Source: a virus
Direction: 5' to 3' (one strand)
IMG/VR virus record: IMGVR_UViG_3300032431_000022
DNA length: 39,788 nucleotides
Shown: positions 33,034-39,788 of the stretch, piece after piece
Position numbering within the stretch: position 1 is the first letter of the stretch
Layout of the letters: the number at the start of each line of letters is the position of its first letter
Translations under genes and position numbers: made by a program
Notes under the pieces: model-generated
What the model was told of the DNA's origin: nothing
What the model saw: only the letters and a program-made list of their open reading frames with translations
The model's database searches: none

Positions 33034-33396
33034 ATGTCATGGAGCGAGCTACACGCAGACGCGACCGAGATGCACCAGAGCTTTTTTGGCGACGACGACG
33101 GCGTACAGTATCGAGCCAAATCCGTCGACACCTATCAGCCACTCGCTGCCATTGTCTACCCCGAGGTCATCCGAAACAAACGCGATGCCACTGGTTGGAA
33201 ACGACTCACGACCCGCGACTTTGTGGTGCTCGTTGACGACCTCGCCCAGCCGCTTATTTACTCACAGATCCTCTACGAAGGCCAGACCTACAGCGTGATC
33301 GAATTTACCAAGTCGCGAACATCCCGCTGGGTAATCACCACCACCCGCGAAACGATCGGCGAATCCTCACGCCCTCAATACCGCAGGGGGGCATAA
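33034..33396 (+). CDS. Head-tail adaptor/joining protein candidate (120 aa)
   Basis: Size and position. Loose Phage_H_T_join-like pattern. Confidence 0.4.
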   Translation: MSWSELHADATEMHQSFFGDDDGVQYRAKSVDTYQPLAAIVYPEVIRNKRDATGWKRLTTRDFVVLVDDLAQPLIYSQILYEGQTYSVIEFTKSRTSRWVITTTRETIGESSRPQYRRGA

Positions 33397-33399
33397 CCC

Positions 33400-33903
33400 A
33401 TGCCTGGAATAATCCTTGCCGGTATAGACGCAACCATCGCATCGCTCCAGGCCAATCACGGTTGGGCCGCTTTTTGTGGTGAATCACTCGGTAGCCCGCT
33501 GCGAATATATCGCGACGTCTTGCCACCGCCCGCGTCCGATCAATACACACTCGCCGAGATGGCCGCCTACCGTCCACTTGTGCAATTGTGGATCGATGAA
33601 ACACAAGGCTGGATGGCACGCAAAAACACATCGTCATGCTTCACGCCGACCGGTCGCATACTCATGCGATTCGAACGAGCCGCTGCCGCTAGCGTAACCG
33701 AAAGCGTCGCCTCCCGCGAATTCCTGGACGCACTTTCGGAAGTCTTTTACAACGACAACGGAACCGGTCTCATGCAAGACTCCCAACGGATCAACATGAA
33801 CGAGATCAAGCTCGCCGGTTGGACACGAACCACCGCACTTGACGCCGCCCAGTATGGAGATGCTTACATGGCCGAAGTCGAACTATCGTGGGGGCTCAGA
33901 TAA
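33400..33903 (+). CDS. Hypothetical connector/neck protein (167 aa)
   Basis: Position only. Confidence 0.4.
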   Translation: MPGIILAGIDATIASLQANHGWAAFCGESLGSPLRIYRDVLPPPASDQYTLAEMAAYRPLVQLWIDETQGWMARKNTSSCFTPTGRILMRFERAAAASVTESVASREFLDALSEVFYNDNGTGLMQDSQRINMNEIKLAGWTRTTALDAAQYGDAYMAEVELSWGLR

Positions 33904-34292
33904 TGTCCGCAGCATTACAAATCGGATACTATGGCGAGCGGATGAAACTACTCATTCGCCAGGGCGCAACCCTCGGCCCGTTCTTCGCGACGATGGTCAA
34001 TCCCAACGCCACTCGCGTCAACCTCACTGGTTGCACTATTCGCGGTCAAATCCGAAAGACTGCACTCAATACCGTGATCGTTGAAACCCTCAACGTAACG
34101 ATCACCAACGCGGTGCAAGGCGAATATAACTTCGGACTCACTGACGAAGAAACCGCACTCATCCCCGCCGGTGAAACAATCAAGGATGAAGAGTCGATCT
34201 ATCAATGGGATCTCGAGCTGCAAGACGCAGCCGGTGCCGTCATCCCGCTCTACTACGGCGAATGTATTGTCTTGCGCGAGGTGACCCGATGA
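33903..34292 (+). CDS. Hypothetical beta-rich protein (129 aa)
   Basis: ATG 33903 overlaps the preceding TAA (TAATG). Confidence 0.45.
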   Translation: MSAALQIGYYGERMKLLIRQGATLGPFFATMVNPNATRVNLTGCTIRGQIRKTALNTVIVETLNVTITNAVQGEYNFGLTDEETALIPAGETIKDEESIYQWDLELQDAAGAVIPLYYGECIVLREVTR

Positions 34293-36853
34293 CCCAAATA
34301 ACAACAACGCTCAACCCACCTGCCGCGATCACCACCACCCTCGCAACCGGCCAAGGCCCGAATACCTTTGCGTCCTTACCGGGCCAACCGTCAGACAGCG
34401 CTGGGCTGAATAACGTAACACTCTACGGATCTGGGCACCTACGCAATTACTTCGAGCGACTCCATTCTTTAGCGACAAATCGAACAGGTCATGCTATCCG
34501 GCGTGTCGCAGTCATGCACTGTGGAGACTCGCTTGCTGAACGCATGATGGGCTGGCTATCGATTCGGCTTGAAAAAGAGTTCCCCAACAACATCGGTAAG
34601 GGACTCAGCAACACGACAAACGGACTTGTTTCCGAGCCTAATGACATTTTTCCGTCGACTGGATTACTTGGAGACTCGACAGGCGATGCGTCTAGGTTGT
34701 CAGGTCAATTTGCTTTTTGGCCTGATGGTTTAATTTACGATCTTGGTGCAACCGGACGAGTTACGTTTCCACCTCGTAGGCTTGTGACTCTACAGATTTA
34801 CGGACCTGACACGAGACCCTGGAACACGATAAAAGTAGCCTATATCAAGGACGTTTCAGCCGGTTCGTTTATAATCGAAACCAGCCCGGACGACATAACA
34901 TGGACGACACGAGCAACGGTCAACACGAGCAACGCAACTCGGATAGGTGCAGTCGAAACGGTCTCGGTTACGCTGGGCTCGTATTATGTCCGGCTATCAC
35001 ACTCGGCAGGTGGTCGAGTCAAGGTAATTGGCATCTACGTGGGCTACCCGCAAGCAACTCCAGGTGTTGACTGTTTTGCAATGTCGCAGGGTGGTATTGT
35101 CCCAAGCCAGTTCACGGCCACTCCGCTTGCGATCGTTACTCCGATCCTCACAGACCTTGACCCAGCACTTATCACTTTTCACTTTGCGGACACAATCGCA
35201 GAGTACCAAGCAGAGTTTGATAGCGTGATGGCAATTGCCAGAGCGGGCAACTCTCGCCGATCAGTGCTATGGGTGGCATCTCATAGTTATGCAGGTGCGG
35301 GGACAGACGCAGCCACGCAAGTTATCGCAGAGTTTCTGCGGTCAAAAGTAGACTCAGCCAAGATTGCTTTGTTTGATCTGTGGAGAGCAACGGGAACATA
35401 CGCAAACATCGAATCCCAAGGATGGGAAGGTGATGGAGTGCACATGTCGCATAGGTTATACGCCTACGGCTACACGCTTTTGGAACAACAGCTAGTAACA
35501 ACGCACACCGCAATGTTGCCGTATGATCCGACGAAGATAAACAACCTGCCGCAATTGTTTGGAGCCAATCCAACTAAGCCATTCGGTTCTTTGCTTTCAG
35601 AGATCACAGAGCCAGGAATTAACTTTTGCCTAGGTGCGGGACTGCCTGAGTATCAAGGCGTTGTAATCACGACAAACATTGGACCAGAGGCAACACATCC
35701 GTTTGCGTTATTTGCGGTGCAACTTTTTTACAATGCTTATGAGACTTATGCGAAAATTTATCGGCGTGATCTAAACAACGGCACATGGTCCGCATGGTAT
35801 TTGGCTACAGGTGGTAGTGGACAACCAACACGTCCGCCACTTGACCGACTTGGCAACGGTCGCCACTCAATCCCGATCAGTAATTTCGGCCTTGATTTAA
35901 CCAGCGCAACAAGTGATTGGGTTCGAGCCACTGACCCTCAAAACGAGGGGGAATTATGGGGGATTACAGGGGCAGTCCAAGGCAGCGAATTTACGATTCG
36001 TTTTGACAAAAACTGTCTGCTCGGCCACAACGGACTATTCTTGCTTGCGAGGTCGGTTAGTCGCAATGTTTTAGCCGGTGAAGTAATTGTCATTCGGGCC
36101 GAGTCCGGCGGTATAGTTCGTGAAATATTCAGCAACGCATTGAACGCTTTTCTTTTGGCTCGTGACAATCACACTGGCACGCAAGCAGCGAGTTCAATCA
36201 GTAACTTCGGTGCAGCGGCGAGAACGCATATCGAAGGGTCGCTGACGGCAGGGACCAATATTGTAATTACCCCATCGGGTAGTAGCAATTCGCGTATTTT
36301 TACGATCGACGCAACGGGCTTACCAGCAATCCAGAATAATACATTCTTGGCAAATACAAGCGGTGGAAGTGCCGTACCAGTTTCGACGAATGCAAGTGCG
36401 GCGAGGACGGCTTTGGGACTTGCGACGAATAGCGATGTTGCGTTTGCGGGTGGGACGTTTAGCGGTGCGTTGAATGCTAATACGACAGTGCAAGTTGGCG
36501 GTAACAGCACCTACTTGCTGGCAGTAGCAGACTCAAATGTTCCTCGATTTGTAGCTTATGTTGCAAATAATTATGTCGGTGAATTCGGCATGAACATAAC
36601 GAACACGTATTTAAACAGTGCGTCAGGAAGTGTAAATCTACGAGGCACCGAAACCAGAATAAGAAACTCTGGTGATACAGCCGATGCAAACCTAACAGCC
36701 GCCTCAGCAACTCTTTCCGGCCTACTAACTTTTACCGGCTACACAACTGCTTTACTTCCCTTAGCGGCGTCAAACGCAAGGGCGATTACTTACGACCTTA
36801 CATTAGCCAAGCACGTAGGATGCGATGGCACAACATGGAGTGTACTCTACTAA
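34289..36853 (+). CDS. Tail fibre/receptor-binding protein with an SGNH (GDSL) esterase domain (854 aa)
   Basis: VMHCGDSLAE (block I) and GDGVHMS (block V). The C-terminal third has fibre-like Ser/Thr/Asn/Gly/Ala-rich segments. ATGA overlap at the start. Confidence 0.6.
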   Translation: MTQITTTLNPPAAITTTLATGQGPNTFASLPGQPSDSAGLNNVTLYGSGHLRNYFERLHSLATNRTGHAIRRVAVMHCGDSLAERMMGWLSIRLEKEFPNNIGKGLSNTTNGLVSEPNDIFPSTGLLGDSTGDASRLSGQFAFWPDGLIYDLGATGRVTFPPRRLVTLQIYGPDTRPWNTIKVAYIKDVSAGSFIIETSPDDITWTTRATVNTSNATRIGAVETVSVTLGSYYVRLSHSAGGRVKVIGIYVGYPQATPGVDCFAMSQGGIVPSQFTATPLAIVTPILTDLDPALITFHFADTIAEYQAEFDSVMAIARAGNSRRSVLWVASHSYAGAGTDAATQVIAEFLRSKVDSAKIALFDLWRATGTYANIESQGWEGDGVHMSHRLYAYGYTLLEQQLVTTHTAMLPYDPTKINNLPQLFGANPTKPFGSLLSEITEPGINFCLGAGLPEYQGVVITTNIGPEATHPFALFAVQLFYNAYETYAKIYRRDLNNGTWSAWYLATGGSGQPTRPPLDRLGNGRHSIPISNFGLDLTSATSDWVRATDPQNEGELWGITGAVQGSEFTIRFDKNCLLGHNGLFLLARSVSRNVLAGEVIVIRAESGGIVREIFSNALNAFLLARDNHTGTQAASSISNFGAAARTHIEGSLTAGTNIVITPSGSSNSRIFTIDATGLPAIQNNTFLANTSGGSAVPVSTNASAARTALGLATNSDVAFAGGTFSGALNANTTVQVGGNSTYLLAVADSNVPRFVAYVANNYVGEFGMNITNTYLNSASGSVNLRGTETRIRNSGDTADANLTAASATLSGLLTFTGYTTALLPLAASNARAITYDLTLAKHVGCDGTTWSVLY

Positions 36854-36854
36854 A

Positions 36855-37340
36855 ATGATAATTCCAGAACGATTGATATGGGTAATGCCTTTGAACCTCC
36901 ATAACCTAGTTCGTGGTGGAGCATGGGGGATGACTGGCATCGAAGTCGATGATGCGGGTAAAGTCGTAAAGCAAATGGATATGGTTGATTTAACTGAGGC
37001 TGAATTGGTTGCGTTAGTGCCTCAATTCGATCTGGGTATGTCGCAACGACACGAAGCCGCACTACAAAAGCAAGTCGATGATTCTAAGGCTTTGACAGAT
37101 AAACTCAGCGACGATCTCACAACGCTGCAAACGGACCTTGCAACATCTCGAATTGATCGCGATTTAGCAAAGCAAGAGTTAGCCGACATTTACGACTTGC
37201 TAGGGGCTGATCCTAAAATTGCAGAAATTAAAAAGCAACAAGCAATCGCTAGAATCGAATCGGAGATTGCATCAGCAATCAAACGTAAGGACGACTTAGT
37301 TAATCCAAGGGCTATCGAAGTAGCGGAAGAAATCAGATAA
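36855..37340 (+). CDS. Coiled-coil protein (161 aa), fibre-associated by position
   Basis: ATG 36855 lies 1 nt after the fibre stop. Confidence 0.45.
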   Translation: MIIPERLIWVMPLNLHNLVRGGAWGMTGIEVDDAGKVVKQMDMVDLTEAELVALVPQFDLGMSQRHEAALQKQVDDSKALTDKLSDDLTTLQTDLATSRIDRDLAKQELADIYDLLGADPKIAEIKKQQAIARIESEIASAIKRKDDLVNPRAIEVAEEIR

Positions 37341-37342
37341 TT

Positions 37343-37657
37343 ATGGCATCGTATTGGACCGAACTATACGATCCAAAGGAAGGCAGGCCGTTGCGGGACA
37401 TACCCGAACTCGGCATGTGTCCGAAGTGTAAAAAGTACGACGGACATTGCCTCGACTGCCCGGAAGTAACGATAGAGCAGATGGCACGCATCGTGATCAA
37501 TTCGCAAAAGCAGGAAGAGTACGCAAAGACAAGATCGAAAAGATACTGGGAGCAACTACAGCGAGCGATCGGTAAGGTTGCAGTTTTGCGACACGAAAAC
37601 AATAAGCTGCGAGCGGCAAACGAGAAGATGAAAGCACTGATCAAAGGCAGCGAATAA
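37343..37657 (+). CDS. Cys4 zinc-binding plus coiled-coil protein (104 aa)
   Basis: CPKCKK...CLDCPE. Confidence 0.5.
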   Translation: MASYWTELYDPKEGRPLRDIPELGMCPKCKKYDGHCLDCPEVTIEQMARIVINSQKQEEYAKTRSKRYWEQLQRAIGKVAVLRHENNKLRAANEKMKALIKGSE

Positions 37658-37661
37658 CATT

Positions 37662-38132
37662 ATGATGGGCCTCGTTAAAATCCAAGAACGCGGAATTGTT
37701 GGGCGAAAGATGCTCTCCGGATTCCGTGCTGCGATGGCCGCTTCGTGGTCGGAGACTGGCCGCGATTTCGCCGCCAATAATATCCCCCGGCGATTTACAT
37801 CCGCTCACGCAGTCGAGGCCGGATACAGTCCTCGTGCCGGTCAGAATCTCGCACGCGGGTCGAAGCTATTTTGGGGATCGTATTTTGGCCGAAAGCTTCG
37901 CAAATTCGGACATGCCGACCCCTTTGTTTGGTCCGGCGAAACCCGCCGAAACGCTCGCACCGCCCGGCTAACGGCCAACTCAAAAGGCGTCCGCGTCTCT
38001 CTTCCGGACGCTAGGAAACTAAACTTTAATCCCAAGTACGCTGCCGAGTTCGTCTCGATCACCGCACGCGAAGCAACATCTATCGGAACCGCCTTCGACA
38101 ACCGTCTCAATGACCATCTAAACAGAGGCTAA
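37662..38132 (+). CDS. Virion morphogenesis/tail completion protein candidate (156 aa)
   Basis: Position before the tail tube candidate. Weak pattern only. Confidence 0.35.
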   Translation: MMGLVKIQERGIVGRKMLSGFRAAMAASWSETGRDFAANNIPRRFTSAHAVEAGYSPRAGQNLARGSKLFWGSYFGRKLRKFGHADPFVWSGETRRNARTARLTANSKGVRVSLPDARKLNFNPKYAAEFVSITAREATSIGTAFDNRLNDHLNRG

Positions 38133-38133
38133 A

Positions 38134-38148
38134 CGCAAAACGAAACAC
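38134..38148 (+). promoter_or_regulatory. Late-motif copy 3, upstream of the tail tube candidate
   Basis: The core starts 83 nt upstream of ATG 38217. TTGACT follows at 38169-38174. Confidence 0.5.
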
Positions 38149-38216
38149 CCCCTCTGACGCCCTACTCTTGACTCGCTCCGGATTCAATTCGATCCTAGTA
38201 CAGCGAGCCCAAGATA

Positions 38217-39155
38217 ATGTTCACACTGCATTCGATCCGACTAACTGGTGCGGCTCCGGTCCTTTTAAAATGCGTTCGCGGGCACAATCTGGCGATTAAC
38301 GCAGCCGAAGAAAATAACATCACTGCTGGGTCGATCTACGGTCGGTTTAATTCGATCCTTTCCCAAGATGCCACGCTAACGTTTGACACCCATGCGGTTG
38401 AGCAGGTGATCGGATTGTGTAATCTTTTGGGTTTGCCAATCGGAATCGGGATTACTCCCGCGCCAACCTACACGAGTGCCGAATTGTTCTTCGCAAGGTA
38501 TGACGAATTTGGCCGCGAACGAGCCGCTGGCTCGCACCTCAGTATCACAATCAATCGTGCGTACATGCACTACACGACGATTAACGCGCAGACAAACCAG
38601 GACGCGGTTGTGTCGTGCTCCATGAGCGTTCTGGATCCAGATTCCAGCGGAGTATTGCCACTGGTGATTAATACCGCAGCGACCCTACCGACTGTTGTTG
38701 CAGCGGACGACGAACGGTTTTCCCTTGGGCCAGTCTCGCTAGGGGGAGTCAGTGCCGGTTGCCTGCAATCGCTTGCGATAAATCTAAACCAAACCGTCGA
38801 GTACATCCGGTGCAGCAGCGACGTCTTTCCGAAGTCGCTACGAATCACGCCAATCAAGCCGACGTTATCATTGTCGACTCAGAAAAATACAATGCTCTCA
38901 ACTGCGGATCTTCCCTACGTAGGAAGGGTCTTAACCCATGCCGACACGTCGCTATTCTTACGCAGTCGGCTCAACAACCAGGTCGGATTTAAAACAGGCG
39001 CGACGCACATGCGTATTACCGCCGCAGGCATGGCCCGCGTCGCCTCGCACACTTCGACCGTCAGTGAGCCCGGCGTCATCTCTGTAAACGTTTCAACAAT
39101 TGACGATGGCACTAATGCACCATTAGTATTCACCGCCGGAACCGCCCTACCGTAA
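38217..39155 (+). CDS. Major tail (tube) protein candidate (312 aa)
   Basis: Position upstream of the chaperone-position ORFs and the tape measure. Has its own upstream motif. Confidence 0.4.
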   Translation: MFTLHSIRLTGAAPVLLKCVRGHNLAINAAEENNITAGSIYGRFNSILSQDATLTFDTHAVEQVIGLCNLLGLPIGIGITPAPTYTSAELFFARYDEFGRERAAGSHLSITINRAYMHYTTINAQTNQDAVVSCSMSVLDPDSSGVLPLVINTAATLPTVVAADDERFSLGPVSLGGVSAGCLQSLAINLNQTVEYIRCSSDVFPKSLRITPIKPTLSLSTQKNTMLSTADLPYVGRVLTHADTSLFLRSRLNNQVGFKTGATHMRITAAGMARVASHTSTVSEPGVISVNVSTIDDGTNAPLVFTAGTALP

Positions 39156-39171
39156 GCACCGAAGGATAATC

Positions 39172-39327
39172 ATGAGCAGCGAAGCACCCGCAACACCAGA
39201 CCCCCGCGAAGCCGCCATTGCCAAGCACATGCGACGCGGCCACTCACGCGATGCAGCGATCGCAATCATCGACGCAGACTCCAAACCAGCAATTGCACCA
39301 AAGCCGAAACCGGCCAAAGAATCCTAA
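39172..39327 (+). CDS. Small hypothetical ORF (51 aa), not in the supplied track
   Basis: ATG 39172 preceded by gaagga. Read manually to TAA 39325-39327. Confidence 0.35.
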   Translation: MSSEAPATPDPREAAIAKHMRRGHSRDAAIAIIDADSKPAIAPKPKPAKES

Positions 39328-39373
39328 GTCGCATTTTCTGCCAACTGCCTACTGACGACTGCCAACTTCCCCC

Positions 39374-39788
39374 ATGTTTTCCTACTTCGTCCCAAACCAA
39401 ATCGTCGCAGAAAAGGCTAAGGTCGCCACGTTAGTTCGGCTGACGCCTGATGTATTGGCGCGGCTAGGGCTCTCACACGTCGGCAGCGTCGTTGCGAAAC
39501 AAATCTCGACTGGTCCGACGGGTAGCGGTGGATGGCTCTTGTATCGCGAGGCAGGCGGCCAAGGTGCAGGCCAATGCGATCGTTACCTCACCAACACCCA
39601 GACATGGCAGCCGATGGCATTTCCGTCGGACATTTGGATCGGATACGAAACCGCTCGCGGTCTCCCCGGCCCGCAATCGCTCGAGCGCGAAAGCCAGCTC
39701 CCCGGCCAATCTGTAACACTCGGCGATTCCAAGTCATGGCTCGTCCCTGCCGCAGTCGAGTACGACGACGATTTAGTCGTGTCTTGCC
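39374..39788 (+). CDS. 5' part of the junction-spanning ORF (continues at base 128 of the window)
   Basis: ATG 39374 is 288 nt (96 codons) upstream of the overlap start at 39662, so it is in frame with frame 1 of the window start. Confidence 0.5.
   Translation, partial: MFSYFVPNQIVAEKAKVATLVRLTPDVLARLGLSHVGSVVAKQISTGPTGSGGWLLYREAGGQGAGQCDRYLTNTQTWQPMAFPSDIWIGYETARGLPGPQSLERESQLPGQSVTLGDSKSWLVPAAVEYDDDLVVSC
39662..39788. repeat. Terminal overlap copy 2
   Basis: Identical to bases 1-127. Confidence 0.95.

Overview
The window is a complete, circularly closed genome of a temperate tailed phage. Bases 1-127 are identical to 39662-39788, so the unique length is 39,661 bp, and one ORF crosses the junction.

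Modules:
- Plus strand, 27815 through the junction to 7583: lambda-like head module (gpW-like protein, lambda-family portal, prohead protease/major capsid fusion, DUF2190 decoration protein, connectors). It continues with an SGNH-esterase fibre module, a tail tube candidate, the tape measure and distal tail genes.
- Minus strand, 27697 to 21797: regulator, secreted and membrane proteins, small and large (GpA-type) terminase.
- Plus strand, 18444-21543: lysogeny module with lipoprotein, membrane protein, Xis-like HTH and a tyrosine integrase.
- Minus strand, 18238 to 7580: long early operon. It holds a GNAT, a tRNA-like gene, a CsrA fusion, a DUF1064 nuclease, an SSAP candidate, DUF1376, ASCH and a beta-class DNA methyltransferase.

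Main finding: the 3' end of the early operon is an integron. It has an integron-integrase gene (7580-8590) carrying the IntI-specific insertion motif and a full catalytic set. Next to it lie six well-preserved attC-like imperfect hairpins of 94-97 bp (9008-11065) that separate small ORFs. Each ORF unit is flanked by its own complementary 9-12 nt ends built on invariant AAC/GTT. Two sites keep the fold through compensatory changes. More degenerate sites continue to about 12665.

Other observations:
- A 15-19 nt motif occurs four times, each time oriented with late genes. One copy lies inside the protease/capsid fusion ORF.
- A 177-bp copy of an internal terL segment sits upstream of terS. All 7 of its differences are at third codon positions.
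- A perfect 29-bp-stem hairpin lies in the tail operon.
- There is a short tRNA-like gene with a UGA anticodon.
- The CGATCG/GCGATCGC palindrome is enriched.

All protein calls rest on motifs recalled from memory. No database search was run.
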